NCBI GenBank assembly: GCA_964619045.1
Contig: CAZUCH010000001.1
Location: forward strand, 1-43,724
DNA length: 43,724 nucleotides
Direction of reading: 5' to 3'
Origin: an uncultured Planctomycetales bacterium
GTDB lineage: Bacteria > Planctomycetota > Phycisphaerae > UBA1845 > Fen-1342
The notes under the pieces were generated by a model, which saw nothing but the letters and a program-made list of their open reading frames with translations, ran no database searches and had not been told where the DNA came from. Below, one piece after another: positions 9,281 through 17,904 of this stretch. The first letter of the stretch is position 1, and each line of letters starts with the position of its first letter. The position numbers and the translations under genes were made by a program.

Positions 9281-10351
9281 ATGGGTATGGAATCCAAGGC
9301 TGTAGGTGCATCCACAGGGAGCTACGCTCACGTGCTCGACTTTGAGAAGCCGATCGCGAAGATGGAGCAGGAGATTCAGCGTCTGGAGGGCCTGCAGGCC
9401 GAGTCCGGACGCGACTTCTCCGACGTCATCACGGGAGTGCGCGAACAACTGCGCAGCGCTCTGCGGACATCCTATGCCAACTTGACCGCGTGGGAGACGG
9501 TGCTGGTGGCTCGGCACCCACGCCGCCCGCTGGCTCGTGACTATATCCGGTTGCTGGCAAAAGACTTCTGCGAATTGCACGGCGACAAAGCCTACGCCGA
9601 CGACAAGGCCATGGTGTGTGGCTTCGCCCGCATGGCCGGCCAGCGAGTGATGCTGGTAGCCATCCAGAAAGGCCGCGACACTCGCGAGAAGATCGACGTC
9701 AACTTCGGCTGCGCGCACCCCGACGGCTACCGCAAGGCCCTCAAGAAGATGCAGTTGGCGGCCAAGTTCAAGGTCCCGATCGTCTGCCTGGTTGACACGC
9801 CGGGGGCCTACCCGGGAGTCGAGGCCGAGGAGCGCGGCATCGCCTACGCAATCGCCGTCAACTTGATGGAGATGTCCCGACTGCCGACCCCCATCATCGC
9901 TTGTGTGATCGGCGAAGGCGGCAGTGGCGGCGCGATTGGAATCGCGGTAGCCGACCAGGTTGCCGTCATGGAACACTCGTACTACTCGGTGATCAGCCCC
10001 GAAGGCTGCGCCGCGATCCTCTGGCGCACTGGCGAGAAGGCTCCGCAGGCCGCTCAGGCTCTGCGACTGACGCCCGAGGATCTCAAGCGCCTCGAATTGA
10101 TCGACACGATCATCGAGGAGCCGCTGGGCGCGGCCCACCGTGATCCCGAAGCGGCCGCTAAGGCCCTCGAAACCTGGATCGGAAAGACGATACGGGATTT
10201 GCGACGTTTGAAGACCGAGACACTCTTGCGACGGCGCTACGAGCGCCTGCGCAAGCTGGGCTCCCAGTTTACTGAAACTCGACAACCAGAGGCTAAACCG
10301 TCCAAGACTCGCGGTCGACGCACGCGTGCGCCGGCCAACGCGCGGGGATGA
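9281..10351 (+). CDS. accA: acetyl-CoA carboxylase carboxyltransferase alpha subunit
   Basis: HVLDFEKPIAKMEQEIQRLEG matches the AccA N-terminus. Other family motifs are VARHPRRP, LVDTPGAYPGVEAEERG and IGEGGSGGA. There is a basic C-terminal extension of about 30 aa. Confidence 0.9.
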   Translation: MGMESKAVGASTGSYAHVLDFEKPIAKMEQEIQRLEGLQAESGRDFSDVITGVREQLRSALRTSYANLTAWETVLVARHPRRPLARDYIRLLAKDFCELHGDKAYADDKAMVCGFARMAGQRVMLVAIQKGRDTREKIDVNFGCAHPDGYRKALKKMQLAAKFKVPIVCLVDTPGAYPGVEAEERGIAYAIAVNLMEMSRLPTPIIACVIGEGGSGGAIGIAVADQVAVMEHSYYSVISPEGCAAILWRTGEKAPQAAQALRLTPEDLKRLELIDTIIEEPLGAAHRDPEAAAKALETWIGKTIRDLRRLKTETLLRRRYERLRKLGSQFTETRQPEAKPSKTRGRRTRAPANARG

Positions 10352-10427
10352 TATTCGCTCGACACGCCTCTCGGGGCGTGACGGGCGTGGGGAAAGCCAG
10401 CGGAACCGGCAGTACGGCCAAGCGACA

Positions 10428-10447
10428 GTCGCCTGATACCAGGCGAC
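10428..10447 (+). terminator. small hairpin downstream of accA
   Basis: gtcgcctg-atac-caggcgac, an 8-bp perfect stem about 75 nt after the accA stop. There is no T-tract. Confidence 0.3.
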
Positions 10448-10558
10448 CAGGTTGTCTGGGATGGCCTGGCCGGGAGCGAACACGCAGCCCGCGGGCGGCG
10501 TAGAAGATTGTAGGAAGAGTGTTGACGCCGGAATATGTTAGGGCGCCGACGGACCATT

Positions 10559-10567
10559 TGTTATACT
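10559..10567 (+). promoter_or_regulatory. extended -10 promoter candidate (TGtTATACT)
   Basis: tg-t-tatact lies about 60 nt upstream of ATG 10626. I see no good -35 element. Confidence 0.3.
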
Positions 10568-10625
10568 GGCCCATGTAGCATGAAATGAGGTTCTTTCGTT
10601 GCCAGAGAAGACACTTAACAACCAG

Positions 10626-11174
10626 ATGGAGATGGCATCGCCCGCTATGCAGGCGGTCGACCTCAACCTGTTCGTTTACGACCGCTGCCTGCACCCGGAA
10701 CTCTTCCGGCACTTCGCCACTTATCAGGTCAAGCAGGGACGCTATGTCGCCGACATCTGGATCGTCGGCCTCAGCCACGTTGTCACGGTGACCCTGGGAC
10801 GGCATAGCCTGACCGAACTCCTGGCCCGTGAGAGCGACATGTTGCCCTCGCGCGGCGTGCTCTCACGCTTCCGCCTGAAGGGCGAGCGCGATCACGAACG
10901 CGAGACCGCCGAAGGCTGGAACTACATGGTGAGCACGCAGGTGGAGACGATGGACGAGTCGCTCTACAAGTCCGTCCACTACGACCTGCTGCGGCACACC
11001 GAGAAGCAGGGCTGGTTCCACTCCTACGAGGCCTGGGCCGAGGGTGACCTGGTGCCGTTCTCCTACATGGACCACGAGGCGCGCGATCGCGAGTTTCACA
11101 TTCACGCCTTCCACGCCTACCCCGCCGAGCGCACGATCATCAAGACGCAGTCGATTTTCGAACTGCCGGAGTAA
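10626..11174 (+). CDS. conserved hypothetical cytoplasmic protein
   Basis: The ORF has protein-like composition (MEMASPAMQAVDLNLFVYDRCLHPELFRHF...HIHAFHAYPAERTIIKTQSIFELPE). The track starts it at TTG 10599; I prefer ATG 10626. I cannot name a family with confidence. Confidence 0.6.
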   Translation: MEMASPAMQAVDLNLFVYDRCLHPELFRHFATYQVKQGRYVADIWIVGLSHVVTVTLGRHSLTELLARESDMLPSRGVLSRFRLKGERDHERETAEGWNYMVSTQVETMDESLYKSVHYDLLRHTEKQGWFHSYEAWAEGDLVPFSYMDHEARDREFHIHAFHAYPAERTIIKTQSIFELPE

Positions 11175-11208
11175 GCATCGCTCGCCGGCCAACCTCGCAA
11201 GCACCAGG

Positions 11209-11239
11209 ACGCCCGGACCACGCTCCGGGCGTTGTCCTT
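11209..11239 (+). terminator. hairpin terminator after the hypothetical gene
   Basis: acgcccgga-ccacgc-tccgggcgt (9-bp stem) followed by tgtcctt. It lies 35 nt after the stop at 11174. Confidence 0.5.
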
Positions 11240-11294
11240 GCGCTCTGTCCCTCTACACCTCGCCCCGCAGTGACGGTATTATCGCTCCGCAACC

Positions 11295-13271
11295 ATGGCC
11301 TCCAACGAACCTGATACAATCCGCATCGTCGGCGCACGCGAGCACAATCTGCGACGCGTCACGCTGACACTCCCTAAGAACAAGCTGATCTGCTTCACCG
11401 GCGTCTCCGGAAGCGGCAAGAGCAGCCTGGCCTTCGATACCTTGTACGCCGAAGGGCAACGCCGCTATGTCGAATCGCTCAGCGCCTACGCCCGGCAGTT
11501 CCTGGGCCAGCTCCCAAAGCCCGAGGTCGATCAGATCACCGGCCTCGCACCGTCCATCTCCATCCAGCAAAAAACCAGCGGCTGGAACCCACGCAGCACC
11601 GTCGGCACGATCACCCAGATTAACGACTATGCCCGCGTCCTCTTCGCCCGAGCCGGCGTGCAACATTGCCCCCAGTGCGGGCGCCGGATCAGCGCCCAGA
11701 CCCGCGAGCAAATGTTGGCCCGCGTGCTGACACTCCCGACCGACACCAACCTGATGATCCTGGCACCCAAGGTGCGCGCCCAGCGCGGCGAGTATCGCGA
11801 CCTATTCCAGGACTTGCTACGCCGGGGCTACGTGCGCGCCCGCGTGGACGGGCAGGTGATCGACCTCTCCGATCCCCCGCCGTTGGACCGCTATCGCCGA
11901 CACGACATCGAAGCCGTCGTGGACCGGCTCGTGATCCGCGAAGGTGTGCGCTCCCGACTGGCCGAGGCTCTCGACGCGGCCCTCGAAGCCGGCGACGGCA
12001 CCGCAATAGTCATGGTGCTGGACGAGGCTGGCCCGGCCCCCGCCAATGCGGGGACACGACCACGATCGGCGGGCTCCGGCGGCTCGCACGACATCCTGCT
12101 ATCGGCCGCTTTCGCATGTACCCACTGTGACCTCGGTTTCGAGCCGCCCACACCCCAGATGTTCAGCTTCAACAGCCCCCAAGGGATGTGCCCCTACTGC
12201 GACGGGTTGGGCAAGCGTTACGACTTCGACCCGAATCTGCTGGTACCCGACCCCGCCAAACACTTCCTCGATCCCTGCATCGCCGCTCTGCGACACAAGC
12301 CCGGACGCTGGCGCACGCACCTGTACGAAGGCGTGGCCCAACACCTCGGCGTGGACTTGCACACTCCCTGGCGCGAACTCCCACCCAAGGCACGCCACGC
12401 CCTCCTGTACGGCACCGGCGACACCCACATTACATTCGAGTGGCGCTCACGACAGGGAGTCATGAAGCACGGCGGGACGTTCGAGGGGGTCATCGCCGAA
12501 CTCCACGCCCGCCACAAGAAGTCAGCCTCCGACATGGTGCGACGATTCTACGAGCAGTTCATGCGGCAGACCGTCTGCCCCCAGTGCCATGGCGGCCGCC
12601 TCAAGCCACAGGCCCTGGCCGTGCGGATCGAGGGGCGTCCCGCCGGCGAGGCAGACCAACTCCGAGCGTTGAACATCGACGACGCCAGCCAACTCTCCAT
12701 CCAACAGGCTCTGGGATTCTTCAGCACGCTCGAACTCGAAGGCGTACGGCAAACAATCGCCGAGGAACCGCTCAAGGAGATCAAGGCCCGGCTGCGTTTC
12801 CTGCTGGACGTCGGGCTGGACTACCTCACGCTGGACCGCTCGGCGCCAACGCTGGCCGGCGGCGAATCACAACGTATTCGCCTGGCGAGCCAGATCGGCT
12901 CCGGACTGGTCGGAGTGCTCTACGTCCTGGACGAGCCCAGCATCGGCCTGCACCCGCGCGATAATCGCCGCCTGCTGGCATCGCTCCAGCGTCTGCGTGA
13001 CATGGGCAATACGGTCATCGTCGTCGAGCACGACCACGACACAATGCTCGCCGCTGACCACATCGTTGATTTCGGACCCGGCCCCGGAGTGCGTGGCGGC
13101 GAGGTCGTCGCCGAGGGTTCGCTCGAAGCGGTGGCCGCCAATCCTAACTCGGTCACCGGTGCATACTTGGCCGGTCGCGAGACCATCGCGGTGCCCGCCT
13201 CGCGCCGTCCGGTAAGCCGCCCACCCCGCAACCGCCGCCGAATCCAACCCAAGACCGACAAACAAACCTAA
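11295..13271 (+). CDS. uvrA: UvrA-like excinuclease ATPase, N-terminal half only (NBD-I with UvrB-binding and insertion domains); second ABC module absent
   Basis: IRIVGAREHNLRRVTLTLPKNKLICFTGVSGSGKSSLAFDTLYAEGQRRYVESLSAYARQFLG carries Walker A. A zinc module is present (CTHCDLGFE..CPYCDGLG, CPQCHGGRL). The signature is LAGGESQRIRLA and Walker B is LYVLDEPSIGLH. The ORF stops right after ..SVTGAYLAGRETIAVP.., where full-length UvrA begins its second half. Confidence 0.85.
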   Translation: MASNEPDTIRIVGAREHNLRRVTLTLPKNKLICFTGVSGSGKSSLAFDTLYAEGQRRYVESLSAYARQFLGQLPKPEVDQITGLAPSISIQQKTSGWNPRSTVGTITQINDYARVLFARAGVQHCPQCGRRISAQTREQMLARVLTLPTDTNLMILAPKVRAQRGEYRDLFQDLLRRGYVRARVDGQVIDLSDPPPLDRYRRHDIEAVVDRLVIREGVRSRLAEALDAALEAGDGTAIVMVLDEAGPAPANAGTRPRSAGSGGSHDILLSAAFACTHCDLGFEPPTPQMFSFNSPQGMCPYCDGLGKRYDFDPNLLVPDPAKHFLDPCIAALRHKPGRWRTHLYEGVAQHLGVDLHTPWRELPPKARHALLYGTGDTHITFEWRSRQGVMKHGGTFEGVIAELHARHKKSASDMVRRFYEQFMRQTVCPQCHGGRLKPQALAVRIEGRPAGEADQLRALNIDDASQLSIQQALGFFSTLELEGVRQTIAEEPLKEIKARLRFLLDVGLDYLTLDRSAPTLAGGESQRIRLASQIGSGLVGVLYVLDEPSIGLHPRDNRRLLASLQRLRDMGNTVIVVEHDHDTMLAADHIVDFGPGPGVRGGEVVAEGSLEAVAANPNSVTGAYLAGRETIAVPASRRPVSRPPRNRRRIQPKTDKQT

Positions 13272-13591
13272 CTCCACATAAGCAGGTTGCGTCTTGGCGC
13301 ACCCGCCCCTCCCGACCGTTCTCGGACGACCAACGACTAGCTGCGCGTGGTTTGTCGTTTTGCGCGGCGCGTGAAGATTTCACGGCCCGCGGGCGAAAGT
13401 TCGCCTCCCGACCGAGAAAAGGACCGTCTGACCAACCGCGACGCGCGATCTCGTCAAAGCCCGAAAACGACTGCCTGCCCGCCGTCCGCATCCCTGGCGC
13501 CGAGCGTGATTGCCGAACTGATTCTGGTCGATACGAGACCGAGACTACAGCGAAGCCCGTGTGGCAAGGTGGTGAACCAGTGTCTGTAACG

Positions 13592-13762
13592 ATGATCTGT
13601 CCGAATCTGAAGTGTGGCCAGACGATTGTGGCCCCCGCCAACGCTCGTGGGAAGGTAGTGCGCTGTGCGCACTGCCAGTCGCTCTTCATGGTCCCCCAGG
13701 ACGCCACCGCGTCGCCTGGCGGGAAGGGATCCAAGGAAGAGAGCGCCAAGGCAGAGCAATAG
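13592..13762 (+). CDS. small 4-Cys zinc-ribbon protein (MJ0042-type finger pattern)
   Basis: MICPNLKCGQTIVAPANARGKVVRCAHCQSLFMVPQD.. has the pattern Cx4C...CxxC followed by F.V, then a low-complexity tail. It is 56 aa from an internal ATG of track ORF 13352..13762. Confidence 0.45.
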   Translation: MICPNLKCGQTIVAPANARGKVVRCAHCQSLFMVPQDATASPGGKGSKEESAKAEQ

Positions 13763-13988
13763 GACAATTGCGGCAACGAGCGCCCCGGGCGGCTACCGGA
13801 CCCGCGGCGCATACGCCGATCGACGACCGACTAATGGGACGTCCGCCCACAAACCGGACACGTATGGAAAGAGGAAGGGAAGAAGTGCCGGGCTCGAGCT
13901 AGCCAACACTGGATGCTCAGGCCAGGCGCGATTGAAGCCGTCGCGCGGGTTGTACAGCCATACCGCGTGGTGAACAGCAGGAGAGGAA

Positions 13989-15662
13989 ATGAGCTACCTT
14001 CTAGAGGCGCTCGGGCGCGGCCTTCTGGCCGACCTGCGCTCGGCGTTTGACAGTCAGTTCCCCGCTCTCGCGGACGACCAGCGCGAGCAACTCTGGGCTC
14101 GTCTCGCGGATTCGCCCAACTCGTTCGACTTGGCTATGCGCTTCGGGACAGTGTGTCTCCGTGAGATGCGGCTCTCCGACGCCCGCCAGGCGTTTGAAAA
14201 GGCGCGGGAACTGCATCCGGACTCCGCCCAGCCGCGGCTCGGACTGGCCTGCGTCTGCGACGAATTCGGCCAACTCGATGGTTGCCTCGACCACCTCGGC
14301 GAGGCCCACGCACGCGACCGCGAGGATCCGGCCATCCTGTTCGGCATCGCCTTCTGCCACGAACGGCGCGGCGACACACTCGCGGCACAGGCAGCTTATC
14401 GGCAAACGATCAGGCTGTGCCCGCAGCTCCGCAACGCTTACGAGCGCGTCGCCGCCATCGCCATCCACGACGACAACTGGCGCGACGCCGCCGCGCAATA
14501 CGAACAACTGGCCGAGATGGAGCCCGGAGACCTGGACGTGCTGTTGACACTCGGAGGCCTCTATCTCAAGTCCGATCGGCCGACCGAGGCCATGGAGCAA
14601 TACCAACAGGCACTGCTCATCGAACCCGACGGGCCGGACGACGACTTGGCGGAGGTCGACACGCTGGTCGGCGAAGGCCGTCTGGAAGAGGCCATACTGT
14701 CGCTCGAACGCCTGGTTCGCCAGTGTCCGGGCATAGCCCCCCTCCACATGCGGCTCGGCGACCTGTACGTCCACATTGGCGAGGATCAGCGTGCCGTCGA
14801 GGAGTACAACGCCGCACTGGCCACCCAGCCAGGACTACTCGAAGCCACCGTCAAGCTGGGCACGCAACACATGCGCAAAGGGCGCCTCGTCGATGCCGCT
14901 GTCACATTCAACCAGGCCGTCGAACTGAACGACCGACTGGTGACGGCCTTTGTCGGGCTGGGAGTGGCCCAGCGCGACTGCGGGCACGACGACGAGTCGC
15001 TGGCCACCTTCGATCTGGCGGCCAGCCTCGAACCCAGCAGCACGCTGCTGTTCTCCGAGACCACTCGGCTGCAAATGAGGTCAGAGAGCCGCCGTCAACT
15101 GGGACCACTCGACGACTATGACGACGCGCCGGACACCATCGATGTCCCGCTGAGCGCGGCGGTCGACCGGCACCAGCAGGCCCTGGCCCAGTCGCCCAAT
15201 GATGCCGCCTTACACTATCGCTACGGCCTGCTACTGCGCCAGGCCGGCAAGTTCGATCAGGCCACGCGGGCCTTTCGTAACGCGGTCGAGATCAACCCCG
15301 TCTACACCAAGGCGCTCGTCGAGCTTGGAATCTGCCTGAAGGAGTCGGGCAACGTCGAGGATGCCATTGACATGTTCCAGCGGGCTTTGAGCCTCGAGCC
15401 GGCTCACGTCGACGTTCACTATCAACTGGGCTTGAGGTTCACCCAACGTAACCAGTTCGACATGGCTGCCGATGAGTTCCAGCCGGCCACCAACTTCCCG
15501 GGACAGGACACGGCTTTCAATGCCAACCTGGAACTGGCCTTGCAGAGTATCGGACTGGTCGACAAGGCCGCATCGACCTGGCAGTCAATCTGCAAACTGT
15601 CACCAACCGCCGGCATCCTGACGCAGCGTGAGGAGATACTGCGCAAGATCCAGACCGGCTGA
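13989..15662 (+). CDS. tetratricopeptide (TPR) repeat protein
   Basis: 557 aa with many 34-aa A/Y/L-patterned repeats (e.g. ..AIDMFQRALSLEPAHVDVHYQLGLRF.., ..ATRAFRNAVEINPVYTKALVELGICL..). An RBS-like aggagagg precedes the ATG. Confidence 0.85.
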   Translation: MSYLLEALGRGLLADLRSAFDSQFPALADDQREQLWARLADSPNSFDLAMRFGTVCLREMRLSDARQAFEKARELHPDSAQPRLGLACVCDEFGQLDGCLDHLGEAHARDREDPAILFGIAFCHERRGDTLAAQAAYRQTIRLCPQLRNAYERVAAIAIHDDNWRDAAAQYEQLAEMEPGDLDVLLTLGGLYLKSDRPTEAMEQYQQALLIEPDGPDDDLAEVDTLVGEGRLEEAILSLERLVRQCPGIAPLHMRLGDLYVHIGEDQRAVEEYNAALATQPGLLEATVKLGTQHMRKGRLVDAAVTFNQAVELNDRLVTAFVGLGVAQRDCGHDDESLATFDLAASLEPSSTLLFSETTRLQMRSESRRQLGPLDDYDDAPDTIDVPLSAAVDRHQQALAQSPNDAALHYRYGLLLRQAGKFDQATRAFRNAVEINPVYTKALVELGICLKESGNVEDAIDMFQRALSLEPAHVDVHYQLGLRFTQRNQFDMAADEFQPATNFPGQDTAFNANLELALQSIGLVDKAASTWQSICKLSPTAGILTQREEILRKIQTG

Positions 15663-15694
15663 CGGCACCCCGACGCACCAGCCCGAACCTTGCC

Positions 15695-15725
15695 CCGGCA
15701 CAGGCGTTCTTGGCGCCTGTGCCGG
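15695..15725 (+). terminator. hairpin terminator after the TPR gene
   Basis: ccggcacaggcg-ttcttgg-cgcctgtgccgg (12-bp perfect stem), 33 nt after the stop. There is no T-tract. Confidence 0.5.
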
Positions 15726-15883
15726 CGCATCTCCTGCCGACTCGCGCAACGCGTGCCGGTTAGTCCGCCGCAGCCACGGCAGCGCGGCAGCCCACCACCG
15801 CAAAACTCACACGCACTCAATCCCCACACCACAAGCGACTTAGAGCATATCGACAACGGCCGGGCAACCATTCTCGACCACTC

Positions 15884-15899
15884 TGGCACGCCCTCTGCC
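15884..15899 (+). promoter_or_regulatory. sigma54 (-24/-12) promoter candidate, TGGCACGccctCTGCc
   Basis: GG at 15885-86 and GC at 15897-98 have the canonical 12-nt offset of TGGCACG-N4-TTGCW. The site is about 80 nt upstream of the small ORF that precedes flgF. Confidence 0.45.
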
Positions 15900-15978
15900 A
15901 TGGGAAGGGCGTAAGTACCAGGCCGTCGGTGTACACGGATGTGCCGCGCTTGGTCTCTACCGGCGAAGGAGTCGCAGT

Positions 15979-16230
15979 ATGCAACGACAGCTTCCATATG
16001 CACGCCTCGCGGCATGGTCGTCGCTACCGACGAACACATCTGCCGACCAAGTGCCGCACGAGCACGATGGCCCAGCAGGCACGAGTCCGACGCCACGGAA
16101 TTGGAGCTGCTTGGGTCGGCGGGTGCTGGCCGAGGCTTGGCGGCGATACACGGATGAACTCGCGTCCGACCTGCCGTCCGAGGCCTCGCCCGCCGCCCCA
16201 GCTCCGCACCCAGCCGGGGGCCGCCCATGA
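15979..16230 (+). CDS. small hypothetical protein (83 aa), apparently translationally coupled to flgF
   Basis: gaaggag lies 7 nt upstream of ATG 15979. The TGA stop overlaps the flgF ATG (ATGA at 16227-16230). Third-position GC looks only moderate by eye, so coding status is uncertain. Confidence 0.35.
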   Translation: MQRQLPYARLAAWSSLPTNTSADQVPHEHDGPAGTSPTPRNWSCLGRRVLAEAWRRYTDELASDLPSEASPAAPAPHPAGGRP

Positions 16231-16982
16231 TCTACGGACTGTACAACTCCGCGGCCGGCATGATGGTCAGCGAGTATCGCCAATCCGTGCTCGCCAACAA
16301 CATCGCCAACGCCGAGACGGTCGGATTCAAGCGCGACGTGGCGACATTCGCCGAGCGGTTGCCCGAAGCGCAAGCAGGCGGCCGCGACGGCCCCAGCGAT
16401 CCGGGAATGGCCGGCCTCAGTGGTGGGACATGGCTCGGACGGACATTCACCGATCATAGCCCCGCCGCCAAGACCCAGACCGGCATGTGGAGCGACGTTT
16501 CGCTCGACGGACCCGGGTTCCTGGCCGTCCAGGCCGGCGGGCAACGCCTATACACGCGCGACGGTCGCATGACCATGGACGCCGATGGAGCCCTGGTCGC
16601 CGCCAGCGACGGAGCACCCATCCTGGGGCGCGGCGGCCTGCCGATTCAACTGAATCCCCACGGCGGCGAGCCCACGATCGATTCCGACGGCCGAATCAGG
16701 CAGAACGGGGCCGTCGTGGCCGAGCTGGAGGTCGTGGACTTCGCCGACTACGACGTCCTCCGCAAAGCGGGTGCCGCTCGTTTCACAGCGCCGGACAGCG
16801 CCCTCGTCGGATCGCCGGCCCTGGTGCGCTCGGGTTTTCTCGAGAACTCCGGGGTCCAGCCGCTGGGCGAGCTGGTCAGCATGATCGAGGCCTCACGGGC
16901 CTACCAGCTCAATGCCCGCATGGTCGGGTTGCAGGACGAGACCATCGGCAAGTTGATCAGCACAGTGCTCACACGAACGTAA
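16227..16982 (+). CDS. flgF: flagellar basal-body rod protein FlgF
   Basis: The N-terminus MIYGLYNSAAGMMVSEYRQSVLANNIANAETVGFKRD and the C-terminus GFLENSGVQPLGELVSMIEASRAYQLNARM match the rod protein family. Confidence 0.9.
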   Translation: MIYGLYNSAAGMMVSEYRQSVLANNIANAETVGFKRDVATFAERLPEAQAGGRDGPSDPGMAGLSGGTWLGRTFTDHSPAAKTQTGMWSDVSLDGPGFLAVQAGGQRLYTRDGRMTMDADGALVAASDGAPILGRGGLPIQLNPHGGEPTIDSDGRIRQNGAVVAELEVVDFADYDVLRKAGAARFTAPDSALVGSPALVRSGFLENSGVQPLGELVSMIEASRAYQLNARMVGLQDETIGKLISTVLTRT

Positions 16983-17063
16983 CGCGGGAGTAGTCACTTG
17001 ACCGGGACACCAGCCAACAGTGGACGGAGCCGCGCCGGCATCCAACAAGGAGTACGCTGACCC

Positions 17064-17867
17064 ATGGCCATTACAGCTTTACACACGGCCGCGACGGGCA
17101 TGCAGGCCCTGTCCACCAAGATCGACGTGATCGCCAACAACATCGCCAATGCCGACACCGTCGGCTACAAGGCCTCGCGAGCGAACTTCCAGGACTTGCT
17201 CTACCAGATCTACCAGCAACCCGGCGTTCAGACCAGCGACGAGAGCGAGTCGCCCCTGGGAACCCAGATCGGTCTCGGCGTCTCGCTGAGCAACACGCAG
17301 ACCCTCTTCAAGCAGGGCTCGGCCCTCCAGACCGGCGAGCCGCTCGACATGATGATCGAGGGCGACGGCTTCTTCCAGGTCGATCTGCCCGGCGGGGCCG
17401 TCGGCTACACCCGCGCCGGCAACTTCGTCCGCAACGCCGACGGCGAACTAGTCCTCGGGCACAGCTTCGGATACCGCATGCGCGATACGCCGACAATCCC
17501 GGAGGACGTCGCCAACAACCGCGTCTCGATAGGCAGCGACGGCCGCATCGTCGCCACTGACCCCGCCGACGGCAGCCAGCAGGAACTCGGACAAATCCAG
17601 CTTGCGCGCTTCGCCAACCCCGCCGGCCTGCTCCAGGAAGGCGGCAACATCTTCACCCAGACCCAAGCTTCCGGTGAGCCCGTCGAGGGCAACGCCGGAC
17701 AGGACGGGTTGGGCAAGATACTGGGCGCCCACCTCGAACAGAGCACGACCGAGGCTGTCACCGAACTGGTCGAGCTGATCAAGACACAACGGGTCTTCCA
17801 GATGAACTCACAGACCATCCAGGCCGCCGACGAGGCGCTGCGTGTCGTGGCCAGCCTCCGGAGATAA
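17064..17867 (+). CDS. flgG: flagellar distal rod protein FlgG
   Basis: N-terminus MAITALHTAATGMQALSTKIDVIANNIANADTVGYKASRANFQDLLYQ; C-terminus GAHLEQSTTEAVTELVELIKTQRVFQMNSQTIQAADE. Confidence 0.95.
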   Translation: MAITALHTAATGMQALSTKIDVIANNIANADTVGYKASRANFQDLLYQIYQQPGVQTSDESESPLGTQIGLGVSLSNTQTLFKQGSALQTGEPLDMMIEGDGFFQVDLPGGAVGYTRAGNFVRNADGELVLGHSFGYRMRDTPTIPEDVANNRVSIGSDGRIVATDPADGSQQELGQIQLARFANPAGLLQEGGNIFTQTQASGEPVEGNAGQDGLGKILGAHLEQSTTEAVTELVELIKTQRVFQMNSQTIQAADEALRVVASLRR

Positions 17868-17904
17868 CGATGATGAGCACGCAACAGATGAATAGGGCAA
17901 GATC

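Noticed and set aside
9155-10483. 442-aa minus-strand ORF overlapping accA.
   Set aside because: It is antisense to a gene with unmistakable AccA motifs, and its own translation is not protein-like. The same reasoning applies to other shadow ORFs. These include 14001..14774(-), 15422..16228(-), 19215..19895(-), 23986..24924(-), 27163..27840(-), 33968..34867(+), 35664..36500(+), 38608..39273(-) and 40046..40891(+).
11761-11776. TGGCACccaaggTGCg with correct GG/GC spacing inside uvrA.
   Set aside because: It lies deep inside a coding region, about 1.5 kb from the next gene start, with a poor -12 context. It is probably a background occurrence. It also shows that the two flagellar sigma54 candidates need experimental support.
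13518-13527. 10-nt identity (ctgattctgg) to the conserved 5' region of tmRNA (GGGGCUGAUUCUGGAUUCGACGGG).
   Set aside because: There is no GGGG acceptor 5' end. There is no tRNA-like T-arm or CCA-proximal 3' end within about 400 nt downstream, and no tag reading frame. I judge it a chance match.
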